In this document: positions 13,101-24,053 of the stretch, one piece after another
Position numbering within the stretch: the first letter of the stretch is position 1
How the letters are laid out: each line of letters opens with the position of its first letter
Source of the DNA: Cyanophora paradoxa CCMP329
Lineage: Eukaryota; Plantae; Glaucophyta
Assembly (NCBI GenBank): GCA_004431415.1
Contig: QPMI01000303.1
Span: 1 to 54,621, forward strand
Length of the DNA: 54,621 bases
Direction: 5' to 3'
Made by a program: the position numbers and the translations under genes
Notes under the pieces: model-generated
What the model was told of the DNA's origin: nothing
Databases searched by the model: none
What the model saw: only the letters and a program-made list of their open reading frames with translations

Positions 13101-14218
13101 AGCATCGTCGTGTACGGCGGGTGCGCCGCCCCGCCGCCTCCGCCCCGCCCCGCTCGCGATCGTCCGCTCACGCGGGTGCGCAGGTGCCACCAGATGCGCA
13201 AGACGGCCGACATCTACCTCCTCAACGTCGGCGAGCCCGACCCCTCCCCGCGCCCCCGCCCCCGCCCCCGCCCCGCGCCGGCTCCTCACGGGCCGGCGCC
13301 GCCCGCAGACACGTACGAGTGGCGCCTCGTCCAGGTGCTCCGCCCCCCCTCCCTCGCCCCCCTCCTTCCTCCCCCCTCACCCCCTCCCCCCGCAGACGAA
13401 GGGGGAGCGCCCGGAGCCGACGTTTGGGCACTCGGCGACGCTCCTCGAGGACGCCCGCACGATGCTCGTCTTCGGGTCCGCGCCCCCCGCCGCCCCCTCC
13501 TCCGCCCTCTTCGCCCCCCGGCGAGGCGAGCGGGGCCGGCGCCGCAGGGGCTGCACCCGTAAGGACGCCTTCTCCGACGCCGTCTACACCCTCGACCTCG
13601 GTACCCCCCCTCTCCTTCCTTTCCTCCCCTCCGCTTTCCTTCGCGAGACGCGGCCCCGGGGCGGCAGAGACGCTGACGTGGCGGCGCGAGGAGCTCCTCG
13701 GGCGGACGCCCTCGGGCCGCATGGCGCGCCCGCCCCTTGAGAGCCGCCCCAGTCGCCCGCCCCGCGGGGCTCTCACGCCTCGCCGCCCGCCCGCGCAGGG
13801 CCACACCTGCGTGCTCTACGGCGGCCGGCGCCTGCTGCTCTTCGGCGGGCACGCCGCCGGCGACCGCGCCTCCAACGACGACCTCTGGGTACGCGGTTCT
13901 CGCCGAGGGGTACGCGGCGCTCGCTGAGAGGCGGGGGCAGGTGCTGGACCTGGAGAAGCGGGAGTGGCGGGAGCGGAGCGGGGCGCGGTGGCGGGGCCTG
14001 CTGGCCGGCCGCTGGTGGCACGCCGCCGCCCTCTCCGACTGCATGCTCGTCCTCTTCGGCGGCCAGGCCCGCCCCGCCCCGCCCCGCCCCGCCCCCCGCC
14101 GCCGCCTCTGATCCGTGCCGGCCTCTGACCTCGGCGCGGGCGCGCGGGGCGGCAGAGCTCGGCGTGGAAGTTCCTGAACGACGTGTACACCATCTGCTGC
14201 TGCGAGGCCTGCCTCTAG
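7113..14218 (+). CDS. Large multi-exon protein with IPT/TIG Ig-like domains and many Kelch repeats
   Basis: IPT/TIG motifs PTSGPVTGGTNVLITGSRF and GPVQVSVSFNGQQF. Kelch motifs PSARTGHCACRIGHRIYIFGG-like, ARHGHTATLVGRRLFVFGG, GHTCVLYGGRRLLLFGG. Ends TICCCEACL-TAG. Confidence 0.85.
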
Positions 14219-15409
14219 CCTGGCGCCCACTCGGCCCCGCTGGAGCGCGGCCCCAGGCCTCCACCCGCACATCCCCTCCTACCTCTGCCCTAGATCTCCC
14301 CGTCCTTCAATTCAAGCAACAGTCTTCCTGAAGAGATGTACAAATGTTGGTCGCGGATCGGAACTCGGGATCCGGCCGGGGCGGGAACCCCCTCCCCGCC
14401 CACCCTCACGTGCACGTGCACGCCCCCCAACTTCGCGTGCACGCTGGCCCTGCCGGTGCCCTGAATATTTACGAGGTGGGGACCCGCCGGAGGCCCTGAG
14501 CTCGAGGAGGGGACTGGACTCGGCCAGCTGCCCCCAGTTCGAAACTAAATTTATTTATAATATTAATATAATTACAAGCAGAAATCAGTTGCGAATCATT
14601 GAATCCGGATCCAGAAGCTAAACACATGAAGCAAAAGAGCACCGATACAATTCCAAGCTTTGAGACCGCGCTAGCTATAGATATCTGCGTAAACGAATAC
14701 GTAAGCCTGCAAGTAATCCGATTTACCGTCGAACCTGCCCAAAACTAAAAAACATTGCATCGAGACTAGACTGCGTGCTAGCCTCTTAAGCTTCGCCATT
14801 AAGTTAAAAAAAAAACAGACACTAGGCTTCCCCTGTGGGCATTGCCTAGAAGCGTACACGTTCCTATTGCGCTACAAGATCGGATTGGATCTGCTAACAA
14901 AATTGGAATCAAAGCGTGCCGATGAGTTTGCTACTTAAGCTTGAAACTTCTGCATGCGAAGTGTACAATGACGCCACCGAGACAGGTGATATCGATCAGG
15001 ACAGTGGTGCCACAAAGTCAGGCACGGACTCAGTGAACCGATCTGGAAAGGAAGAGACGAAAGCTCTGGCTGACGGTCATGCCACTGAATCACCACACAG
15101 GAAACAGGGAACTCGCACGAGGGTCATGGCAGATAAGAACAAGATATAAAGGCTTCGAAAGGCGCCATCAGAAACGGGAAACTTGCTACATGCACTGCAC
15201 ATTTACAACTGCACTACACAGAGGCTGTACAATTCAACGCTGATGAGCTGCGGAGGCCCGGGGGCCGGGGATAAGCGGGGGAAACGCGTAGACGTTTGCT
15301 GGGGGTGCCGGGACTGAGGCACGACTAAGGGAAACATACACGTGCACGGGAAAGCCGGCCCGCTAACCAGGGCTGGGCTGAGCGGCCGGCTTCGAGCTCG
15401 GGGGGGCCG

Positions 15410-16752
15410 CTAGAGGCCGCCGCAGGGGAGGCTGGGCCGGCGGGCGGGGACGGCGACGGGAGCCGAGCGGCCGAGGGCCGGGGGCGGGAGCATGCCGCAG
15501 GGGACCGGGGGCCCCGCCTCCTCCTCCTCGTCGTCGTCGTCGAGGGTGACGTCGTCCCAGGCGGGGGCGCCGGCGCTGAAGTCGCTGAGGTCGGCCTCGT
15601 CGCCCGAGTCGACCTCCTCGTCCGACGCCCGCGGGGAGCGCAGGCGGGCCCCCGCGAGGAGGCCCCAGTCGGGCGAGGCCGGCGGCGGCGTCAGCGCCTC
15701 CTCCATGTCCATCCGGAAGACCCCGGAGGCTGCCACGCGGAGGCCGAAGTCAGCGCCGGCGGGCGGGGGGGGGGGGGGGGGCGAGGGGAGGGGCGCCCGG
15801 GCGCACCGACGGCGGCGCTGTAGATGCGGCCGCGGGAGGCGACGGGGGGCAGGGCGAGCTCCGGCAGCGAGCGCCGCCGCTGCGTGTGCCGCGCCGGGGG
15901 CCGCCCGGGGAGGGCCTCGGGGCAGGAGCCGACGGAGTAGCGCCGGGCACGGGCCTGCTTGGGCGGCGTCGGGGCCCGCGGGGAGGCCTCGCGGTCGGGG
16001 GACTCGTCGGCCGAGGGGATGGGGTCGAGCCGCGGCGCCGGCGGCGGCGTCAGCAGCTCGTGCCCGTCGCCGAGGGCCTCGGGGGCCGGGGTCGGCCGCC
16101 GGCCGGGCGGGCGCGGGCTGAAGCCTTCGCAGATGTCGCAGGCGCAGTCGAGGGCCCAGTGGCGGCGGCAGAAGCGGCTGAGGGGCCGCATGAGGAGGGC
16201 GGAGATGGCGGGGCCGTCCAGTGGCGTGCTCGAGGCGAGCGCCCACTTCTCCAGCGCCTCCGAGTACCTGCCAGCGCCCGCCGCTCTCAGCTCGGGGCGG
16301 GCGGGAGGGAGGGAGGGGGTGCGCCTCCGGGCCGCACCGGCAGATCAAGAGGAGGACGGCGACGGCGGTGCGGCGGTTGAGGCCGAGGCACGGGGAGGAG
16401 AGGATGCGCATCATCATGGGGATGGGCATCCACTCCAGCGCATCCTCGTCGCCGGCGAGGGACCCGACGTGTGCTGCGCCGCATGAGGCGGGAGGAACTC
16501 GAGCGAGGCGGGGCCGCGGCGGGGGCGCGGTGGCGGCGCACCGGCGATGAGGGCGAGCTCGCCGCTGACGCAGTGGCAGAAGAGATTCGCGGAGCGGTCG
16601 TTTGGCGCGTGGCGCGCGAGGTGCTCGCGCAGGAGCCGGGCCGCGTGGCGCGGGAGCTCCGCCTCGGGGATGTCCCGCTGGGCGACGGCCCACGCCTCGC
16701 AGCCGGCGCAGGGCGCGCCCGAGGCCTCCAGGGACGGCGCCACCATGACCAT
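15410..16752 (-). CDS. Hypothetical protein (weak BACK-like segment, acidic/Pro-rich tail)
   Basis: Exons joined by three GT-AG introns give a coherent frame (LEWMPIPMMMRILSSPCLGL...RYSEALEKW...DDDDEEEE), with stop TAG at 15410. Confidence 0.6.
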
Positions 16753-16915
16753 GTTATGTTCAAGAAGGCAGCCGGCGGCTCGACGGCGGCGGGTCGGCGT
16801 GCGCTTGATGAAGCCGTCTAAGCTTCACCAGCAGGAAGGATCTAACGTAGGAGGCGGATGCGGTTTTCGCTGTTCGCATGTACACGGACGCAAGAGCGGC
16901 GATGTGAGAATGAGG

Positions 16916-16939
16916 GCTGCTGCTGCTGCTGCTGCTGCT
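16916..16939. repeat. (GCT)n microsatellite
   Basis: About eight tandem GCT units visible upstream of the 15410-16752 gene. Confidence 0.9.
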
Positions 16940-18224
16940 CGTAAAAGTACGTATACTGCGCCCGGCGCCGGCTGCTGGGCGGTCCAACTGGTCGCTCCAA
17001 GTCACGTGGCGGCCTGCTGACGCGGCTGACGGCGAGTTGTCGGCGAAGCAGATAAGTTACAATGGGCCGTTGATATATGAAGCGGTCTTCAAGCAGGTCG
17101 CCGTACGGTCGGCTGCTCAGTACTCCCGCAGTGCTGCGGTGACAACAGGCCTAGGGTGCAGATAGCTATACGGCTGCAAGCTTCCTCAATGTGGCCCGTT
17201 ATCGGTTGCCAGCGATGCAGGCAAAAGGCCTTATATAAGGCGACAAGGTCAAAGGAGCATGCCGTGACGGCGCCGGCGGCGGCGGAAGTCGAACCGCTTC
17301 AAGCTCAACTCGGAGGCTGTCATGATCAGAGCCGGCGCTATGCATGTTTCCCATACGGGCGAGTGCGATCTGATCAAGATAAAGCGCTGGTGCTTGAGCA
17401 AGTCCCGCCGAACCGCCTCTTGCCCAAGGTCGTGGCAAAGTGCCTGTACCCGGGTTATGTGACGCAACCGGAGGAATTCGATTCCCGCTCAGCGCCGGCG
17501 CCGCTGCGCCGCCGCACGTGCACTGCAGCTGCGCATCCGGGCAGCAGAGGGTTGCTGCAGCTGGCTTTAACGAGCCCGCTTCGCCTGGCATGCCGCAGTG
17601 CGCATGCGCATGCGCATGCTCGCTGAGTCATGATCATGGACGTCGACTGCCCGGCGGCCGCGCGCCGGCGTGCCACGGTACATGCACCCAGCATGCGCAT
17701 CTATTTTGATCCGAGCCCGAGTGCTGTCACAGTCACTGAGTGTGCGCGTGCGTTCGCCAAAACGCCGAAATGCCAAAACGTGTTTGAAGTAACGCCAAAA
17801 CGCGTTTGAAATGTCGCCAGAAGTGTTAAATCCGTTCGATCCCTTGAAATGGCGCCGGCTAGCGGAGGCCGAGAGAGCCTCAGAAAGGTCGCGAGCCGCG
17901 AATTTCCCGCGGCCGGGCCGCCGGGGCTTCCTAGGCCTCGAGCTCATGATCAGTCTCCTCGCGATCGGCGGCCGCGCGGCGCGCCCGCCGAGTCCGACGC
18001 TCGCATCAGCGGACCTGCGCGCGGCGCGGGTCCCGGAATCAGGCCGAGGATCCCGAGGAACAGAGCGGAAGGGCCGGGGGGCGAGCGATATACACATGAT
18101 TATCGAATCTCGTGCTCGGAGGGGCCTAGGGCCTAGGGGGCCGGGGCGCCCAGAAAAGGCCCCCGCCCGCCCAGCGTGGGGCACAGAGCTCGGGCGGCTC
18201 TAGCGGGGTCGCCGGCCCCCGAGT

Positions 18225-21200
18225 CTAAGAGGGTGCCCTCCACAAGGCCGGGACGGCGCCGGGGCGGGGCGGGCCGGGGCGGGGCACCTGGAGGACGCCG
18301 GCGGCGACGAGCTTCTGGATGCGCGCCACGATCGTCGGGTCCCGCATGTAGCTCTGCGCCGCCTTCGGGTCCTGCGCCCCCGCACCGTGCCCCGTCGGAG
18401 GCAGGGGGGGGGGGGGGAAGGGTTGGAGGGGAAGGGGTACCGTCTTCATGTTCTCGAGGATGGTCTGCATCATGGGGTCCGAGAGGATGGACTGCGGGGG
18501 GCGGGGCGTGAGCACGGGTACGGGACCGAGGGGAGGGATACGGGGCGGGGTACCTGGATCTCGGGGTCGGCCATGGCCTTGGCGAGGCGCTCCTTGTCGC
18601 CCTGCGTCTCGTTCATCGCCCGCACCTGCGAGAGACGCCGGCGGGAGACGTCAGCGCCCCCGCCCGGCGCCCCTCATCCGCCCCTCATCCGCCCCCACGC
18701 CCCCCGCCCCCGGCGCGCCGTCTGCATGATGCCGTCCTTGATCTCCTCGTTCTCGGGGTCCAGCTCCAGCGCCTGCGCGCGCCCCCGCCCCCGTCGGCGC
18801 CAGCAGCGCGGGGCCGCCCCGCGGGGCCCTGGGAGGCGCGCGCGGGCGCACGTGCTGGTAGGCCTCGAGGGCCTTGTGGTACTCCTTCCCGTAGTAGAGG
18901 ATCCCCGCCCTCCGCACCAGCGCCTTCCCTGCGCCCCACGCCTCGGCCTCGGCGGGGCGGGGCGGGGCGGGGCGGGGGCGGGCGGACCGAACTTGGGGTC
19001 GAGCTTGAGGGCCTCGTCGCAGTCCTGCGGGGCGGGGGCGGGGCGCGTGAGGGGCCCGCGGGGGAGCGGCGGGGAGGGAGGGGGCGGGGCGCACGCGCTC
19101 GGCGAGCTTGAACTCGCCCAGCTTGCAGTAGGCCGAGGCGCGGTTTGAGTAGAAGACCGGCTCCTGCGCCCCGCCCCCGCCTCAGCGCGGCCGGGGCGGG
19201 GGCCCGGCCGGCCCGGCGCGCCTTGGGGTTGCGGCGGATGGCCTCCGTGTAGGCCTTGACGGCGCCTGCGGGGCGGGGGCGGGCCCGCCCGTCAGCTCCG
19301 TGGACTCTGCGGGGGGGGACGGGGAGGCCTCGCACCGGGGTAGTCGGCGGCCTTGAAGAGGGCGTTGCCCTTCTCCTTCTCCTCCTGGGCCTTGGCGGGG
19401 TCCAGGTACGCCTCCTCGTCCCGCTTCTGCTTAATCCTCTTCACCTGCGCGCCGGCGAGCCCGCTCGGACCGCGGCCCTCGGGGCGCCGCCTGCGGGCGC
19501 GCCTCCTGGAGCTTCTTGTAGACGTCGTCGGCCTTGTGCTCGCTCAGGCTCTTCTCGTAGTACTTGATCGCCTGCGCGCCCCGGCCCTCAGCACCGGGCC
19601 GGGGCGGGGCCGGCGGGGGAGCGCGCGCGCCTCCTCGAGGTTGTCCTGCTTCTGCCGCGCGGTCCCGATGCGCGCCAGCGCCCTGCCGCCCCCCAGCGCG
19701 TCAGCCCGCAGAAGCGACCGCCGAGCAGAGGAGGGCGGGGCGGGGCGGGGCGCGCTTGGCGATGTTCTTGAAGTCGGCGCGGTGGGAGCGGCCGACGTCG
19801 ACGGCCGTCAGGCAGTCCGCCACGCACGCCTCGTAGTTCCCTGCCGCCGGCGTGAGGCGAGGCGCCGCTGGGGGAGGCGCGCGCGCGCCGAGCACCGGTC
19901 TCGAAGTGGACGGCGGCGCGGTTGGTGAGGAAGGACATCTCCGCGTCGTCCAGCTCGATCGCCTGCGCCCCGCACGCACCCCCGCTCGGCTCCCTGTCTT
20001 CCCTTCGCTCTTCTGGGGCGGGGGCGGGGACCTTGGAGTAGTGGGCGAGGGCCTCCTCGAAGCGCCGCGCCTTGTACGCCGCGTTCCCCTTCTCCTTCTC
20101 CTCCAGCGCCTCCTTCTTCTTCGGGTCCACCGGCTGCCCGGCCCCGTGAGACGCGAAGGCGCTGCTCAGCCGCGCGCCGGCGCCGGCGCCGGCCGCACCG
20201 CCTCGGGCTCCTTCTTCTCGGGGGCGCGCGGCTTGGGCGGCGAGGCGTGCCGCGGCGGCGGCGCCGGCGCCTCCTCCTCCATCGCCTGCGCGCGGCCGGT
20301 CGTCGGTGGAGCGCGGGCGGGGCGCGGGGCGGCGGGGCGCGCACGTCGAAGTTGCCGCTCGGGTCGGCCGTCGTCACCTGCGCGCAGCGGAGGCGCGCGT
20401 GGGCCCCGGCGCGGAGTCCCTGAACGCAGGGGGAGGGGAGGGCGTTCTCACCTTGACGCCCATGAGGGAGCTGAGGAGCTGGAGGATGCGGGGGTCCTGC
20501 AGGTGCCTGCGCCCCGGCCCGCCCCTCGGCGCCGGCCCCTCGAGGCCGGGGCGCGGGGCCGGCCGCTCACGCACTTGCCGAGGTTCTTGGGGTCGCGCTG
20601 CAGGTCCTCCACGGCCGCCCGGAAGGACGGGTCCGCCAGGTGCTTCGCCAGCTGCGGGTTCGCCGCGATCTGGGGGGAGGGGGTACGTCAGCGTGCGCTC
20701 GTTCCGGGGTGCGGGGTACCGCACCTTGCCGAAGAGGTCGCCCTGGAACATGTTCGCGAAGGTGGCGCCCTGCGGGGTGCGCCGCGCGGCTCGCTCGGGG
20801 GTACGGCGGGAGCCGGGGCGCGGCGGGGGGTACGGCGCGCGCCATGTCGGTGCCCCCCATAAGAGCGTCCTCGGCTTCCTGGAGGCCCTCCTGGAGCTGG
20901 GCGTTCTGCGCGGGGGGTACGGTTCTCGCCCGGCCCTCGCTCGCGGGGGGGTACACGGCGCGGCGCACGCTCGGGTCGTGCTTCAGGCCCTCCTTGTACG
21001 CCTTCACGGCGTCCTGCGGGGTCCGGGCGTGTCAGCGGGACGGCGCGCCGGGCGCCGGGCGCTGCCCGTGCCTTGTATTCGCCGAGCTGCGAACGACATG
21101 CGTCAGCGGCGCGGCGGCGCGGCGCGTGCAGATTTCGCTGTTCATACCTTGTAGTGAGCGAGGCCCTTGCGCGAGTAACCCTGCGGGGCGGCCGCGGCCG

Positions 21201-21745
21201 GTCAGCGGGCTGCCGAAGCCTTGCGCGCGGTTGGACGCGAGGTGCCGCGCGCGTCGAACCTTCGCCCAGTCCGGCTTGATGGAGCAGCACTTCTCCGCAT
21301 CGCCCAGAGCCTCCTTGAACTTGTTGAGGCCGGCGTAGGCCGCCGACCGGTTGCTGCCGAACATTCGATCCGGGTCGCGCGGCGGGCGCGGGCGACGGCG
21401 GCGGTGGGGCGTGCCTGTAGAGGACGTGGTTGCTCGGGTCGTGCTGGATCGCCTCGCTGAAGTGCTGCACGGCCTCGTCGAAGCGCTGCGCCGAGAAGGC
21501 CTGCCCCCAGCGCGTCAGCGCTCCGTCGGACTGCGGCCGCGGCGTACGGCGCACCTCATTGCCCTTGGCCTTGGCTGCGTTCGCCTGCGCGCGCGTATGA
21601 GGGGCAGGGCCGGCGGGGCGGGAGGCGATGGGCGAATGGAGCCAGCAGCGCGGCCCAGGCGCGTGCGCCACGCATCTAGCGTCCCGGCGCGCTGCAGCTA
21701 AAGGAATCAGTTTCGAAGCGGTCGCACCAGATCGACGTTTGTCAT
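18225..21745 (-). CDS. STI1: Hsp70-Hsp90 organizing protein STI1/HOP (TPR1-DP1-TPR2A-TPR2B-DP2), ~27 introns; last exon uncertain
   Basis: MTNVDL|ANAAKAKGNEAF...HVLYSNRSAAYA; ALEEKEKGNAAYKARRFEEALAHY; AQEEKEKGNALFK; AMADPEIQSILSDPMMQTIL; RIQKLVAAGVL. Confidence 0.96.
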
Positions 21746-21768
21746 CGCGGATGGACGCTTGTCGGGAT

Positions 21769-21788
21769 GGAAGCTGCCAGAATGTTCA
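21769..21788. promoter_or_regulatory. Putative heat-shock element upstream of STI1
   Basis: gGAAg-cTGCc-aGAAt-gTTCa is three of four alternating nGAAn units in register, ~25 nt from the ATG of a known HSF target gene. Confidence 0.5.
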
Positions 21789-21950
21789 GTGGGTTCAGCG
21801 GGTGCTGGTGCTCGCGTCGCGCTGTTCCGCGAATCAGCAGAGGAGGCGGGCCGCGCGGCGGGCGTGCGTGGCGGTCACCCTGAGAAGCGTCGCGAACAGG
21901 ACAAATGCAAATGAGGAAGGGACCGCGCGGAGAGTCGAACCCCCGTCCGC

Positions 21951-21955
21951 AAAAA
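21951..21955 (-). terminator. Pol III oligo-T terminator of tRNA-Gly
   Basis: TTTTT on the minus strand, 16 nt downstream of the tRNA 3' end. Confidence 0.8.
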
Positions 21956-21971
21956 GGACTGGCAGCAAGAG

Positions 21972-22043
21972 TGCACTCGCCGGGACTCGAACCCGGGCCC
22001 CACGCGTGGGAGGCGTGGATCTTAACCCCTCGACCACGAGTGC
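21972..22043 (-). tRNA. trnG-CCC: tRNA-Gly(CCC)
   Basis: Full cloverleaf: GCACTCG/CGAGTGC acceptor stem, CACGC-CTCCCAC-GCGTG anticodon arm, CCGGG-TTCGAGT-CCCGG T arm, discriminator A. Confidence 0.97.
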
Positions 22044-22068
22044 AGATGGCGAAATTCCCGCTTTTTAC

Positions 22069-22084
22069 CCGGCCTGGTTCGAAT
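22069..22084 (-). promoter_or_regulatory. Conserved tRNA upstream element ATTCGAACCAGGCCGG (-41 to -26)
   Basis: Identical 16-mer at the identical offset upstream of tRNA-Leu (25137-25152). Confidence 0.75.
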
Positions 22085-22133
22085 AACGCAGAGGTCGTTC
22101 GGGGAGAGAGCGGCGTGGTCGTGGTCCAGGGCC

Positions 22134-22882
22134 ATGGCGCGCCGCGGCGCCGCCTCGGCCGCCCGCAAGGTCCTCTACATGCGCGAGTACCGCACCACGG
22201 AGCGCGGCCTCGAGCTCTCGCGGGCGCGCCACGCGGCGTTCAAGCGCGACGCCCGCGCCGTCCTCCGCAAGGCGCTCTACCTCGCGCGCTACCGCCGCAG
22301 GCCGCAGGTGGTCGCGAAGGTCGTTCGGCGCGCGGAGCGCCGCGCGCTGCAGCGGCTCGCGAGGGGCGGGCCGCAGGCCCGCGCGCCGGCCTCCACGCGC
22401 CGCTCTCGGCTTCACGCAGGGCCCCGTCCCGCGCGGCGACATCCTCGTCATCGGCCTCGACGTCGTCGTTCTGTTCGAGGGCGACGAGCACGAGCACGGC
22501 GAGTTGAACGTGTTCTACTGGACGGGGTGCGCCTCCGCTCGTCACTCGCGCACATCTGACTGTGCGCAGAAACTACGTTCCCTGGGTCGAGAAGGAGCGC
22601 CTGCTGAAGATCGCCCTCGACGTCGCCCGTTGGCTCCACCTGCCGCTCCACGTCGTCAGGCCCGCCTTCTCGCGCTCTCGCGCCTTCTCGCCTCACGCCT
22701 TCTCGCCGCGCAGGCTCAACCTCCACAGCAGGCGGCGGTGGACGGACATGGAGCGGGCGCTGAACGCCATGGAGGCCGCCCTGCGCCTCCCCGCCGAGCA
22801 GGCCCCGCAGGCGGGCCAGCCCCGCGTGCAGTACTTCGGCTACTCGCGGGCCCGCCTTGACGCCCTCGCCTCCGCCACCCGC

Positions 22883-22915
<33 letters not shown>

Positions 22916-23044
22916 CTCGAGCCCCTCCCCGACCCCCTCGGCCCCTACGAGGAGCTGCCGGCCTGGCTCCAGCTCGAGGTCGACGCAGCCCGCGCCCTCC
23001 CCGGCTACGACACCTGCCGCCTCCAGCTGCAGCGCGAGCTCTAG
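22134..23044 (+). CDS. Hypothetical protein with Arg-rich YMREYR N-terminus
   Basis: ATG at 22134. Introns at 22377-22419 (GC-AG), ~22527-22569 (GT-AG) and a probable third in-frame GC-AG intron give one continuous frame to TAG 23044, including a (PE)n repeat. Confidence 0.7.
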
Positions 23045-23185
23045 CTCTAGTTGCCTTGTTTTTCCCTCGAGTGGTGAGCAACGTGGTTCGTGTCGTGAGG
23101 GATGTCGTGCTCGAGGGGAGGTCGTTCGGGGGGGGGAGACCGAAGGGGGGTGTTGCCAAGTTGGCGAAGCGAGAAGGCCCCCGAC

Positions 23186-23530
23186 ATGCCCCGCTCCCCA
23201 GAGTCCGTCCAGCGCAACGTCGAGTACATGCGGCGCTACCGCAGCACGCCGCGCGCCCTCGCGCTCGTCGTCGTGTATACGTGCCGCGCCAAGCCCGGCA
23301 CGCTGGCGAAGGTCGCCGAGCGCGCGGAGCGCGCGGCGCTGCGCAGGCTCGTGAACCTCGCGCGTGGCGGCCCTCGGGCGTCCCCGAGCCGCTCCCGCGC
23401 GCTCTTCGCGCACCACATGTACAGGATCCGGCTCGACGACGCGTGGCGCATGCCGGACCCCGGGCCCGCCCGCGGCCCTCCGGGGGCTGAGGGGGAGCCT
23501 CTTCGAGGCTGGGCCGCAAGCGGGGTTTGA
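23186..23530 (+). CDS. Short tandem paralog or pseudogene of the 22134 gene
   Basis: YMRRYRST...LAKVAERAERAALRRLVNLARGGP matches YMREYRTT...VAKVVRRAERRALQRLARGGP. The two genes share the upstream 14-mer GAGGTCGTTCGGGG. Confidence 0.55.
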   Translation: MPRSPESVQRNVEYMRRYRSTPRALALVVVYTCRAKPGTLAKVAERAERAALRRLVNLARGGPRASPSRSRALFAHHMYRIRLDDAWRMPDPGPARGPPGAEGEPLRGWAASGV

Positions 23531-24053
23531 ATTCGAACCCTCTCCTTACGTTTAAATTCGAACCCTCTCCGGATTCTCACCCCCCACCCTGGCACCCTCC
23601 CCTCCCGCCCAGAGCTTCCCCCAAGTTCCTCCCGGGTCCCTGCGTACTCCGGCCAGGCCTTCTTCGGATCCCGCCCCAGCGGGCCTCCCGCTCCCCTCGC
23701 CCAGGCCTCCACGACCCCCCCCCCCCCCCCCCCCCAACGAAACCGGCGGCGGAGACGGCGACCTGGCCTTTGACCCCTTGAAAGAATTCGGATATACCTG
23801 CCTGCCTGCTCATCGTGAATGTGCAGAAAGAAAAGCGGATAGGAGAAGCATGAAACAACCGCAAAAGCCTTCGCGATTAGAAGGCGTAGTTGAAAAAGTA
23901 CAGCTAGAATAGTAGTTTGTAAACGGTTAGCGACGGCCCGGCTGGGAACGCGCTCAGCTCGCCGGCTCGGCAACGGCGTCGGCGGCCGGGGACGGGCTCT
24001 CTCTCGACCCGCCTTCCTCCGCATCCCCCGCGTCCCTGCGGGCCGCCGCGCAG

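Noticed and set aside
14550-15200. Short ORFs in the AT-rich intergenic patch
   Set aside because: No recognisable motifs, host-like codon bias or consistent splice structure.
21919-21950. tmRNA 3' end or a third tRNA
   Set aside because: Only a T-arm-like fragment is present, with no acceptor partner, D arm or anticodon arm.
21773-21966. A second long hairpin downstream of tRNA-Gly (GCTGCCAG/CTGGCAGC ends)
   Set aside because: A T5 terminator interrupts it, inner pairing is patchy, and the region is the STI1 promoter.
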